Positions 37,773-47,000 of a DNA stretch of 64,000 bases are shown piece after piece. Below the pieces are notes generated by a model, which saw nothing but the letters and a program-made list of their open reading frames with translations, was not told where the DNA came from and ran no database searches. The DNA is from Clostridia bacterium. GTDB taxonomy: Bacteria > Bacillota > Clostridia > RGIG6154. Within the stretch, counting starts at the first letter, position 1, and every line of letters starts with the position of its first letter. Made by a program: the position numbers and the translations under genes. The DNA is taken from assembly GCA_045648505.1 (NCBI GenBank), contig JAZROD010000044.1, positions 80,995 to 144,994 on the forward strand, written 5' to 3'.

Positions 37773-39359
37773 TCAGCAAATATGGCTTAATACATTAGGT
37801 GTTACCACTCTTCCCCATGATGTATGCCATACTGGTTCATCCAGAACAGGCTCGTCAAGTTCAGGGATTTCTACTATTTCACCACTTATAAGCATTTCAA
37901 GTCGCTTCATACAGCTTTCTGTTCTCTGAAGAAGTGCTCCCATTCTTATGTCCTGAATATCAAAACCGTGAGGCTTATAGTCTTTAAACCATCTTGCCTG
38001 ATGTGTATTGTGGAAATTCTTTATTCTTTTTATAAGTTCCTTGCAGTCTGCAACAATTTCTTTAAGCTTGTCCATATCACGGTTTTGGTATGCCTCTCTT
38101 GTGCGGATACCGATGGTACTCTTTATTTCAAGCACTTCTGCCAAAGCCTGACAAACATCAAAAATATATTTATATTCTCCTTTGCCTTCCGCATTTTTAA
38201 TTTCTTCCGCAAGAGCTTTATAATAATCTGCATCTTCAGGTGAACACATATAATCTCTCATACCCATAAACATATCGTTATAAAGAATATATCTGTCTGC
38301 TGTACCCCGATGCTTACCGCCCGGAGTTGCAACCTTGTCAAGCATTAAAAAGCTATCAAAATCACAACCTGTAATTTCTCTGAACTTTTCTTTTATGCTT
38401 TCCATATCTTTGTTGCCTTTTGCACATTCTGATGCATACATAAGCGAAGGAAGGATAGCAAAAGGAGAACACTCGTTTCCGTCATCACCCCATACAGTAA
38501 TCAATATTCCGTCAATACCTTCATTTAAGCAGGCATCAACTGCAGCCTTTGTTGCATCTATAGAGAACTGATTTCTTGGGGCAAATCCGCTCCATGTCCA
38601 CGCACCGCCTGCAAAATAAACCTTTCTGCCGAAAAGCTTATTTGTTTTTAACATTCTTGTATAGTGGTCATAATCTGTTGAATAATAATCCCAGTAAACA
38701 AGTGAAATATTTTCAGGCAGACTTGCTTTTTCTTTTATGGCAGATGTATCCACATCTGCGTACTGATTTTCTGTATCCATTGCAAGCTTACAGAACATAT
38801 CACTCCATATCATAGGCTCAAAACCGTATTTATCACCTATTTCACAAACCTTGTGAAGATGTTTGTTGATTATATCAAATCTGTCTGCAGGTCCGTGAAG
38901 CTGGAAATATTTTCCAAGACCTACACGATATGCCTCATCCATACCTATATGGATTTTTCTTGTTGAAAAACATTCTGAAAGAGATGCAAACATATCCTCA
39001 ATAAGGGCATAGGTTTTTTCTTCTTCACAAAGAAGAATATCATCACAATCTTTAACCTCGCCGTACTGAGCCTCCCATTTAAACATACAGTTAAGGTGTG
39101 CCAGTGTCTGAATGCAAGGCACAAGCTCAATTCCTATTTCGTTGCAATATTTATCAAGCTCTTTCATTTCAGCCTTACTGTATCTTCCTCTTAAATGACC
39201 GAAATACGGATTGTTGTTTATTTCGTATGTATCTTCTGTGTATAACATAAGGGTATTATAACCCATCTTTTTAATTATCTGTGCATATCTTTTTACGGCA
39301 TCAACTGTAAGCACACCATTTCGTGAACAGTCAACCATAACACCCATCATTTTTTCCAT
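37773..39359 (-). CDS. glycoside hydrolase family 20 beta-N-acetylhexosaminidase
   Basis: GH20 catalytic region IHIGMDEAYRVGLGKYFQ (H-x-G-x-D-E) and TIM-barrel layout. Confidence 0.7.
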   Translation of the reverse strand: MEKMMGVMVDCSRNGVLTVDAVKRYAQIIKKMGYNTLMLYTEDTYEINNNPYFGHLRGRYSKAEMKELDKYCNEIGIELVPCIQTLAHLNCMFKWEAQYGEVKDCDDILLCEEEKTYALIEDMFASLSECFSTRKIHIGMDEAYRVGLGKYFQLHGPADRFDIINKHLHKVCEIGDKYGFEPMIWSDMFCKLAMDTENQYADVDTSAIKEKASLPENISLVYWDYYSTDYDHYTRMLKTNKLFGRKVYFAGGAWTWSGFAPRNQFSIDATKAAVDACLNEGIDGILITVWGDDGNECSPFAILPSLMYASECAKGNKDMESIKEKFREITGCDFDSFLMLDKVATPGGKHRGTADRYILYNDMFMGMRDYMCSPEDADYYKALAEEIKNAEGKGEYKYIFDVCQALAEVLEIKSTIGIRTREAYQNRDMDKLKEIVADCKELIKRIKNFHNTHQARWFKDYKPHGFDIQDIRMGALLQRTESCMKRLEMLISGEIVEIPELDEPVLDEPVWHTSWGRVVTPNVLSHIC

Positions 39360-39583
39360 AATATACTCCTTTTTCTTTTTTCTTTAATTATAGCACAACA
39401 TATCTAAATTACAATATAAATTGAAAATAAAATCAGGTGCCATACCAAACTTTCTGATATATTAAGCATTTCCCTTTATTCGCTGATGTATGTTCCACGG
39501 ACTTTATCTGCTGTAAATATTATGTAAACCTGACATTTTTTCACCCTTGATTTTCCCCATAAAATCGCGACTCTTTTTGACAC

Positions 39584-39682
39584 TTTTCCACAGTTTTCAA
39601 CCATAAATTCCAAAAATGACTTGTGGATAATGTGGATAACTTTGTTGAAAAGTCCGTTTTAACAACTTTTTCCTGTGGAAAA
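39584..39682. promoter_or_regulatory. cluster of four DnaA-box-like 9-mers
   Basis: TGTGGATAA at 39622-39630 and 39631-39639 (perfect reverse complement of TTATCCACA); TTTTCCACA at 39584-39592; TGTGGAAAA at 39674-39682. Lies in the AT-rich spacer between the divergent GH20 and tcdA genes. Confidence 0.5.
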
Positions 39683-39843
39683 CTTTTTCCGGTAGTTTTT
39701 ATACATATTTTATTATGTAAACTAGATTTTTTGTTACAATTTCACTCAGAATATAACACATTTTCACACTTTTCCTCTTCTTTCTGTTCACAATTCTCTT
39801 GCTATTTTTGTTCCTTTATTGTAAAATAGATACGGGTGAAATT

Positions 39844-40545
39844 ATGGAAAGAATTTTTATCAGAAGTGAAATGCTTTACGGCGAAAACTCCACCGCCATT
39901 CTTAACAATTCCAAAGTTGCAATCTTCGGCATTGGCGGAGTTGGTTCTTATGTGTGCGAAGCTCTGGCAAGATGTGGTGTTGGTTCTTTAACACTTATAG
40001 ACAACGACACCGTAAGCTATTCAAATATAAACAGACAGCTTGTTGCTCTGCACAGCACAGTGGGTAAATACAAAACAGAGGTTATGGCAGAAAGAATAAA
40101 AGACATTAACCCTTCCTGCAATGTTACAACGCTTAATATGTTTTACACTGCCGAAAGTGATTTTGATATAAGCTATTTTGATTATATCGTTGATGCCATA
40201 GATACTGTTTCTTCAAAAATACATCTTGCAGTTTTGTGTCAGGAGAAAAACATTCCCCTTATAAGCTGTATGGGTGCAGGAAATAAGCTTGACCCTACTG
40301 CATTTAAAGTGGCAGATATTTTTGAAACATCAGGTTGCCCCTTAGCAAGAGTTATGAGAAAAGAACTTAAAGCAAAAGGTGTTAAAAAGCTTAAAGTTGT
40401 TTATTCAACAGAAGCACCTTTAACCCCTCTCCCTCTTGAAACAACCGAAGGAAGACGGCAGACTCCCGGCAGTTGCGCCTTTGTTCCGTCAGTTGCAGGA
40501 CTTGTTGCAGCAGGTGAAGTGGTTAAGGATATTGTCGGAATATGA
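39844..40545 (+). CDS. tcdA: tRNA threonylcarbamoyladenosine dehydratase (ThiF/MoeB/HesA family, TcdA/CsdL-like)
   Basis: Rossmann motif VAIFGIGGVGSYVCEALARCGVGSLTLIDNDTVSYSNINRQ. Confidence 0.7.
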   Translation: MERIFIRSEMLYGENSTAILNNSKVAIFGIGGVGSYVCEALARCGVGSLTLIDNDTVSYSNINRQLVALHSTVGKYKTEVMAERIKDINPSCNVTTLNMFYTAESDFDISYFDYIVDAIDTVSSKIHLAVLCQEKNIPLISCMGAGNKLDPTAFKVADIFETSGCPLARVMRKELKAKGVKKLKVVYSTEAPLTPLPLETTEGRRQTPGSCAFVPSVAGLVAAGEVVKDIVGI

Positions 40546-40706
40546 CTTAATATTTTTGTTGCAAACAATACTTAACTGTGTTATACTTATAGCAGTTGAG
40601 TATGTTCGGTTTTGAGATGCACAACAGTGCATCTCTTTTTTATGAGAGCCTTTTTTATTGTTCGGACTTTTGGCTCTTATTTTACATATTTAAAAGGAGG
40701 TATATT

Positions 40707-42446
40707 TTGGATAAGAAAACAAACACAAAAAAATATTATGTACGAAAAAAACCGCTTAAACCAAGGGTTCAGAAGAAGCCTTCTCAGCCACTTGGAAATC
40801 TTAAAATTATTCCACTTGGCGGTTTCGAGGAAATAGGTAAAAACTTAACGGTTTTTGAATATGAGGACGATATTGTTATTTTAGACTGTGGCGTTGCATT
40901 CCCTGATGAGGAAATGCTTGGAGTTGACCTTGTTATCCCCGATATGACTTATCTTTACAAAAACAGGGATAAAATCAGAGGTCTTATTATAACTCACGGT
41001 CACGAGGACCATATCGGCGCAATTCCTTATCTTTTAAAAGATATAAATGTTCCTATTTATGCAACAAAGCTTACACTTGGAATTTTAACTCACAAGCTTG
41101 ATGAACACGGACTTTTAAAAACTGCAAAATTAAATGTTACCAAGCCGGGACAGATTGTTAAGCTTGGAAACATCAAAGCAGAATTTATCAGAACAAACCA
41201 CAGTATTGCAGATGCAGTTGCAATTGCTTTCCACACTCCTGTGGGAGTTGTTCTTCACACCGGTGACTTTAAAATTGACTCAACTCCAATAGATGGCGAA
41301 ATGCTGGACTTCGCCAGAATCGGTGAGCTTGGCAAAAAAGGAATTTTAGCACTTCTTTCAGACAGTACAAATGTTGAACGACCGGGCTACTCAATGTCTG
41401 AAAGAAAAGTTGGCGATACTTTAGAAGAAATCTTCTCAAAAACCAATTCAAGAATAATTGTTGCAACCTTTGCTTCAAACATTCACAGAGTTCAGCAGAT
41501 TATAAATATTGCGGCAAAATATAAAAGAAAAGTTGCAGTTTCAGGCAGAAGTATGGAAAGTGTTGTTACTTCCGCCCGTGAGCTTGGTTATCTTAAAGTG
41601 CCCAAAGGTACTTTGATTGATATTTCCGAAATTGACAAATATAAGCCAAGAAACCTTGTTATTGTAACAACAGGCAGTCAGGGTGAACCTATGGCGGCTC
41701 TTGCAAGAATGGCAAGCAACGGACACAAAATGGTTGAAATCACAAAGGATGACCTTGTTATTCTCTCATCAAGTCCTATTCCCGGCAACGAAAAGCTTAT
41801 TGCAAGGGTTATTGATGAACTTTGCAAAAAAGGTGCAGAGGTTATTTATAAATCTCTTGCGGATGTTCATGTTTCAGGTCACGCCTGTCAGGAAGAGCTT
41901 AAAATTATGCTTTCAATAGCAAAGCCTAAATTCTTCATTCCTGCCCACGGCGAATACCGTCATCTTATGATGCACGCTAAACTTGCCCAGAAAATAGGTA
42001 TGAAAGAAGAAGATACTTTCATTATGAAAATCGGTCAGGTACTTGAGCTTAACAGACAAACCGCAAAAATCAACGGAAATGTTCAGTCAGGCAGAGTTTT
42101 TGTTGACGGCAGTGGCGTAGGCGATGTTGGTAATATTGTTATAAGAGACAGAAAAGTTCTTTCAGAAGAAGGTCTTATTGTTGTTGTGGTTGGGATTTCA
42201 AGCCACACCAAGGAAATCGTATCAGGTCCTGATGTTATTTCAAGAGGCTTTGTTTATGTAAGAGAGTCTGAAGAACTGATGGAAAACATCAAAGCACACG
42301 CAAAAGAAGCTTTAATAATCGCAGGAAGCAAAAAGCACAGTGACTGGAACTCTATGAAAACTGCAGTTAAAAACAGCTTAAGTCAGTATATTTTCAGTGA
42401 AACAAAGAGAAGTCCTGTAATACTTCCCGTAATTCTTGAAATATAA
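40707..42446 (+). CDS. rnj: ribonuclease J (metallo-beta-lactamase/beta-CASP)
   Basis: LKIIPLGGFEEIGKN, HxHxDH motif ITHGHEDHIGAIPYL, beta-CASP and C-terminal domains. TTG start 6 nt after an AAGGAGG RBS. Confidence 0.85.
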   Translation: MDKKTNTKKYYVRKKPLKPRVQKKPSQPLGNLKIIPLGGFEEIGKNLTVFEYEDDIVILDCGVAFPDEEMLGVDLVIPDMTYLYKNRDKIRGLIITHGHEDHIGAIPYLLKDINVPIYATKLTLGILTHKLDEHGLLKTAKLNVTKPGQIVKLGNIKAEFIRTNHSIADAVAIAFHTPVGVVLHTGDFKIDSTPIDGEMLDFARIGELGKKGILALLSDSTNVERPGYSMSERKVGDTLEEIFSKTNSRIIVATFASNIHRVQQIINIAAKYKRKVAVSGRSMESVVTSARELGYLKVPKGTLIDISEIDKYKPRNLVIVTTGSQGEPMAALARMASNGHKMVEITKDDLVILSSSPIPGNEKLIARVIDELCKKGAEVIYKSLADVHVSGHACQEELKIMLSIAKPKFFIPAHGEYRHLMMHAKLAQKIGMKEEDTFIMKIGQVLELNRQTAKINGNVQSGRVFVDGSGVGDVGNIVIRDRKVLSEEGLIVVVVGISSHTKEIVSGPDVISRGFVYVRESEELMENIKAHAKEALIIAGSKKHSDWNSMKTAVKNSLSQYIFSETKRSPVILPVILEI

Positions 42447-42537
42447 CCTTTAATCAACTCCCGTAGGGAATATCTCTGTGCGTAGCACAATATCTCTGCA
42501 AAGTAATATCTCTGATTTCATCAGAAATCAATATCGT

Positions 42538-42582
42538 TGGCCGAGTTTTATAAAAAACTCGGCCTTCGGTGTCTTTTTTTAT
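42538..42582 (+). terminator. intrinsic terminator after rnj
   Basis: GGCCGAGTTttataaaaAACTCGGCC followed by a T-run. Confidence 0.6.
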
Positions 42583-42656
42583 ATTTTCTTTGTCTATTTA
42601 TATATTTACAATATTAAAAGATAGTGCTATACTATCTTTAGTTTGGAGGTGTATGT

Positions 42657-43646
42657 ATGTATAATATAGTTCTTATTGGATGCGGACATATGGGAATGGT
42701 CCATCTTGATGACATATATACTATGGATAATGTTAATATAAGCGCAGTTGTTGATACTGACATTGAAAGAGCGAAAAATTTCGCTAAAAAATATAACGCA
42801 GATAATTTCGGTACAGACTATCATAAGTTTGTTGCTGACGAAAAAACAGACATTGTTATCTGTACTACATATCCACACTCCCATCTTGAAATTTTAAAAG
42901 AATGTGTAAAATACGGCAAGCATCTTCTGTGCGAAAAGCCCATAACTCCCGACCTTGAATCTGCAAAAGAATTTATAGACATTGTGGAAAATTCAAATAT
43001 CAAAGTGCAGACAGGTTATATTTTAAGATTTAACGAAACCTACAGAAAAGTTGCCGAGCTTATACAGAGCGGTATCATCGGAAGTCCGCTTGTTATAAGA
43101 ATGTCCCACAATCAGCATATAATGAACTGGGAAAAATATGGTGCTTTAATGAAAGACACATCCCCTCTTGTTGATTGCGGTGTTCATTATTTTGACCTTA
43201 TAAGATGGTACACAGGTGAAGAAATTGTTGATGTTTCAGGTATTTCTGCAACTCTTGACGAAAAAACACCTGAAAATTCATACAACTACGGCATAGCCAC
43301 AATGAAGCTTTCAGGCGGAAGCGTGGCATTTTATGAAGCAGGCTGGGGAAACACTATGGCATCTGCTCATATAAATGAATTTATCGGTCCTAAAGGCAGA
43401 ATTTCTATTACAGAAAGAGAATACAGAATCGGATGTCAGGAGGAAGGAGATTTAATTTCTCATTTTGACTACGAAACAAATACATATAATACCATAAATG
43501 TTAACTGCAAAAGAAGACCAATGGGAAAACAGCTTGAAAGACTTATAGAAATGATAGAAAAAGATGTTAAGTCTTTCCCTGATAACGATGATGTTTTAAA
43601 AAGCTTTGAAACTGCTATCAGGGCACATAAAGCAATACAAAATTAA
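42657..43646 (+). CDS. Gfo/Idh/MocA family NAD(P)-dependent oxidoreductase
   Basis: IVLIGCGHMGMVH...CEKP Rossmann and EKP motifs. Confidence 0.8.
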   Translation: MYNIVLIGCGHMGMVHLDDIYTMDNVNISAVVDTDIERAKNFAKKYNADNFGTDYHKFVADEKTDIVICTTYPHSHLEILKECVKYGKHLLCEKPITPDLESAKEFIDIVENSNIKVQTGYILRFNETYRKVAELIQSGIIGSPLVIRMSHNQHIMNWEKYGALMKDTSPLVDCGVHYFDLIRWYTGEEIVDVSGISATLDEKTPENSYNYGIATMKLSGGSVAFYEAGWGNTMASAHINEFIGPKGRISITEREYRIGCQEEGDLISHFDYETNTYNTINVNCKRRPMGKQLERLIEMIEKDVKSFPDNDDVLKSFETAIRAHKAIQN

Positions 43647-43670
43647 AAAACGGGCTTATGCCCGTTTTTA
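43643..43670. terminator. bidirectional intrinsic terminator
   Basis: AAAAAACGGGCttatGCCCGTTTTT. Confidence 0.6.
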
Positions 43671-44135
43671 GTTTGGATAAGAAAATCTTCTATTCTCTTC
43701 TAATTCTTTTTTGTACTTTTTAATATAAAATTTTGCCATATTAAGATTCTGTTCAGAGTAGTTTCCGCACTGCTCTGGTGCTGCACCTGGAATTTCGCCC
43801 TCATAATTTATGATAAAGTCGCACATTTTTATAACAAAATCATAAATATCTTCAGGATTTAAGTCACCGAACATCAGAAGATAACAACCTGTTCTGCAAC
43901 CCATAGGTCCGAAATACACAATTTCATCTTTTCTTTCTGTGTTTCTTAAATATGTTGCACCTAAATGCTCAATTGTATGAAGAGCAGGAACATCAATAAC
44001 AGGCTCGTGGTTTGGCGCAGTTATTCTCATATCAAAGGTTGTTATAACAACCCCTTCTCTTTCGTCCCTTCTTGAAACATAAAGTCCGGGATAAAGCTCT
44101 AAATGGTCTATTGTAAAACTAGCAATTCTTTCCAT
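43668..44135 (-). CDS. luxS: S-ribosylhomocysteine lyase
   Basis: HTIEHLGATYLRN...GPMGCRTGCY motifs. GGAGG RBS before the internal MERIASF start; the track ORF is N-terminally over-extended. Confidence 0.8.
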   Translation of the reverse strand: MERIASFTIDHLELYPGLYVSRRDEREGVVITTFDMRITAPNHEPVIDVPALHTIEHLGATYLRNTERKDEIVYFGPMGCRTGCYLLMFGDLNPEDIYDFVIKMCDFIINYEGEIPGAAPEQCGNYSEQNLNMAKFYIKKYKKELEENRRFSYPN

Positions 44136-44188
44136 ATTCTCAACCTCCGTTTTGTCTATTATAATATTGTTCTTAACATCTGTCAACC

Positions 44189-44217
44189 TTGACAAAAACG
44201 CTTTATTATGATAAAAT
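44189..44217 (+). promoter_or_regulatory. consensus sigma-A promoter for the OPT transporter, overlapped by a palindrome
   Basis: TTGACA-17-TGaTAAAAT; the -35 element sits inside the TGTCAAccTTGACA inverted repeat. Confidence 0.5.
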
Positions 44218-44265
44218 TTTAAGGTCTGTATAAAATAGATATAAATAAATGAATGGAGAAAGACA

Positions 44266-46173
44266 ATGGACAACAAAAACAACTTTCAGCCATATATTCC
44301 GGCAAGCAAAGTAATTCCTGAAATTACTGTTACATCTATTATTATGGGTGTTCTTCTTGCTGTTATATTCGGTGCGGCTAACGCATATCTCGGTCTTCGT
44401 GTTGGTATGACTGTTTCTGCTTCTATTCCTGCAGCAGTTATAGCAATGGGCGTTATCAGAGTTATTATGCGTAAAAACTCAATACTTGAAAGCAATATCG
44501 TGCAGACTATAGGTTCTGCAGGTGAATCTTTAGCTGCGGGTGCAATCTTCACAATGCCTGCTCTCTTCCTTTGGGCAGCAGAAGGCGTTATGGACAAGCC
44601 TGGTATTATTGAAATCACTTTAATCGCTTTAATCGGCGGTCTTCTCGGTGTTTTCTTTATGGTGCCACTGAGAAATGCACTTATCGTTAAAGAACACAAT
44701 ACACTTCCATATCCTGAAGGAACTGCTTGTGCAGAAGTTCTCCTTGCAGGCGAAGAAGGCGGCGCAAATGCATCAACAGTATTTGCAGGTATGGGCTTTG
44801 CGGCACTCTTTAAGTTTATTATTGACGGACTTAAAGCAGTTCCGGGCGAAATCTCATTAAGATTCAAAGGCTTTGCAGGTGAAATCGGTACACAGATTTA
44901 TCCTGCAGTTATGAGCGTTGGTTATATTTGCGGACCAAGAATTTCTTCTTATATGTTCGCAGGTGGTGTGTTAAGCTGGATGGTTCTTATTCCTTTAATC
45001 GTGCTTTTCGGTGAAAATATAATTTTAGCACCGGGCACAGCACCAATCGGTCAGCTCTTTGCTGAAGGTGGTGCATCAGCTATCTGGGGAACATACATCA
45101 GATACATCGGCGCAGGTGCTTTGGCAGCAGGCGGTATCATAAGCCTTATCAAATCACTTCCACTTATCGTTACAACATTCAGAGATGCTATCAAAAGTAT
45201 GTCTGCTGGTTCTGAAATTTCAACAGAGCGTACAGGCAAAGACTTGAATATGGTAACTGTTATTGTTGCAATTGTTATTTTAACACTTCTTGTATGGCTT
45301 GTTCCTGCAATTCCTGTTAACCCAATTGGTGCAATCATTGTTGTTGTGTTCGGCTTCTTCTTTGCAACTGTTTCATCAAGAATGGTTGGTTTAGTTGGAA
45401 GCAGTAACAACCCTGTTTCAGGTATGGCTATCGCAACACTTCTTATTGCAACAATTATTCTTAAATCAACAGGCAGTGAAGGTGCAGGCGGTATGCAGGC
45501 TGCTATTGCAATCGGTTCTATCATCTGTATTGTTGCCGCTATTGCAGGCGATACATCACAGGACCTTAAAACAGGCTTCCTTTTAGGCTCAACACCTAAA
45601 AAACAGCAGATTGGTGAAATCATTGGTGTTGTTGCTTCTGCTTTTGCTATCGGCGGAACACTTTATCTTTTAGATTCTGCCTGGGGTTTTGGTTCAGAAG
45701 AACTTGCTGCTCCACAGGCAACACTTATGAAAATGATTATTGAAGGCGTTATGAATGCACAGCTTCCTTGGACACTTGTTATCACAGGTGCTTGCATTGC
45801 AGTTGTTGTTGAAGTTTTAGGTATTCCTGTACTTCCATTTGCAATCGGCGTTTACCTTCCTGTTCAGCTTAATGCTTGTATTATGATTGGTGGTATTGTT
45901 CGTCTTATTCTTGACAAAAAGAAAATGGCTGACGAAAAGAAAAAGACTGCAATTGTTAACGATGGTATTTTATTCTGTTCAGGTATGATTGCCGGCGAAG
46001 GTCTTGTTGGTATTGCTCTTGCAGTTCTTGCAATCTTCGGCCTTGACAAGGTTATTGACCTTTCCGGAATGCTTAATCTTTCACCTGTTCTTTCAGACAT
46101 CGGTGGACTTGTAGTATTCGGACTTGTTATTCTTTCACTTCTTAAATTCTCTGTATGGAAGAAGAGAGCATAA
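44266..46173 (+). CDS. OPT-family oligopeptide transporter
   Basis: 635 aa, about 16 TM helices; the N-terminus IPEITVTSIIMGVLLAVIFGAANAYLGLRVGMTVSASIPAAVI is typical of the bacterial OPT clade. Confidence 0.75.
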   Translation: MDNKNNFQPYIPASKVIPEITVTSIIMGVLLAVIFGAANAYLGLRVGMTVSASIPAAVIAMGVIRVIMRKNSILESNIVQTIGSAGESLAAGAIFTMPALFLWAAEGVMDKPGIIEITLIALIGGLLGVFFMVPLRNALIVKEHNTLPYPEGTACAEVLLAGEEGGANASTVFAGMGFAALFKFIIDGLKAVPGEISLRFKGFAGEIGTQIYPAVMSVGYICGPRISSYMFAGGVLSWMVLIPLIVLFGENIILAPGTAPIGQLFAEGGASAIWGTYIRYIGAGALAAGGIISLIKSLPLIVTTFRDAIKSMSAGSEISTERTGKDLNMVTVIVAIVILTLLVWLVPAIPVNPIGAIIVVVFGFFFATVSSRMVGLVGSSNNPVSGMAIATLLIATIILKSTGSEGAGGMQAAIAIGSIICIVAAIAGDTSQDLKTGFLLGSTPKKQQIGEIIGVVASAFAIGGTLYLLDSAWGFGSEELAAPQATLMKMIIEGVMNAQLPWTLVITGACIAVVVEVLGIPVLPFAIGVYLPVQLNACIMIGGIVRLILDKKKMADEKKKTAIVNDGILFCSGMIAGEGLVGIALAVLAIFGLDKVIDLSGMLNLSPVLSDIGGLVVFGLVILSLLKFSVWKKRA

Positions 46174-46175
46174 TG

Positions 46176-46511
46176 AAAAACAAGCAGAAAGAAAATTACC
46201 TTGAAAAAATCCCTGCCCGTCCCGATTTTAAGTGGACATTAGATGAAGAAGGCATTGTGACCTTTGAAATTGAAAACACAGGATTTTTCAATACCATAGC
46301 ACAAAAATTCTTTAAGCGACCAAGAATAAGTTATATTCACCTTGATGAATACGGAAGCTTTATATGGCAAATCATCGACGGTGAGAAAAACATAATTGAG
46401 CTTGGGGAAGAAGTGAAAAATCACTTTGGCGACAAAGCCGACCCTTTATACGAAAGACTTGCAAAATTCTTTCAGATTCTTGATAGCTATGGCTATATAA
46501 TATGGAAATAA
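46176..46511 (+). CDS. PqqD-family (RiPP recognition element-like) small protein
   Basis: IHLDEYGSFIWQIIDGEKNIIELGEEVKNHF...LAKFFQILDSYGYI matches the PqqD/RRE pattern (LN..G..IW.LLDG..T..EI...L...F..L...G.I). Confidence 0.5.
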   Translation, partial: KNKQKENYLEKIPARPDFKWTLDEEGIVTFEIENTGFFNTIAQKFFKRPRISYIHLDEYGSFIWQIIDGEKNIIELGEEVKNHFGDKADPLYERLAKFFQILDSYGYIIWK

Positions 46512-46513
46512 AA

Positions 46514-46550
46514 ATAAGAAGCTGTTTTAAAACAGCTTCTTATTTTTTGT
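46514..46550. terminator. bidirectional intrinsic terminator
   Basis: AAGAAGCTGTTTTAAAACAGCTTCTT-atttttt. Confidence 0.6.
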
Positions 46551-46575
46551 GTTCTGGAGCATTTTAACATTCCGT

Positions 46576-46998
46576 TCACTTTTCTTCTTTTTCGTATTTC
46601 TTATATTGTTTGAAATAGTACTGCACTATGTCTTTTCTTGTTATAATTCCAATGAACTTGTTTTCGTAATCCACAACAGGCACGAAGTTCTGATTTATTG
46701 CTTTTATGAATAAATCATCCATTTTAGATGTTATGCTTACAGGTTCATTTCTTGACTTTCTTTTAACATCTCTTATATAAGTTGTTTCTGCAAGCCTCAT
46801 ATCAAAGTTCATTTCGTTTTTTATATGCCACAAAATGTCGCCTTCTCTTATGGTTGAGATGTATTCACCTTGCTTATTTATTACAGGTATTGCGGCATAA
46901 CGATGATGCTCCATTTTTTCAAGTGTCTGCCTTACCGTGTAGTCATCATAAACATAAGCTAGTTCATTTTTTGGCTTTATGAAATATAATATATTCAT
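46576..46998 (-). CDS. CBS-domain pair protein
   Basis: Two CBS motifs (RYAAIPVINKQGEYISTI and NFVPVVDYENKFIGIITRKDI). Confidence 0.7.
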   Translation of the reverse strand: MNILYFIKPKNELAYVYDDYTVRQTLEKMEHHRYAAIPVINKQGEYISTIREGDILWHIKNEMNFDMRLAETTYIRDVKRKSRNEPVSITSKMDDLFIKAINQNFVPVVDYENKFIGIITRKDIVQYYFKQYKKYEKEEK

Positions 46999-47000
46999 TA

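Noticed and set aside
39584-39682. Chromosomal origin (oriC) at the DnaA-box cluster
   Set aside because: No dnaA, dnaN or rpmH genes or DUE-like AT-rich 13-mers are adjacent, so a secondary DnaA-box cluster is more parsimonious. It cannot be fully excluded without whole-genome skew.
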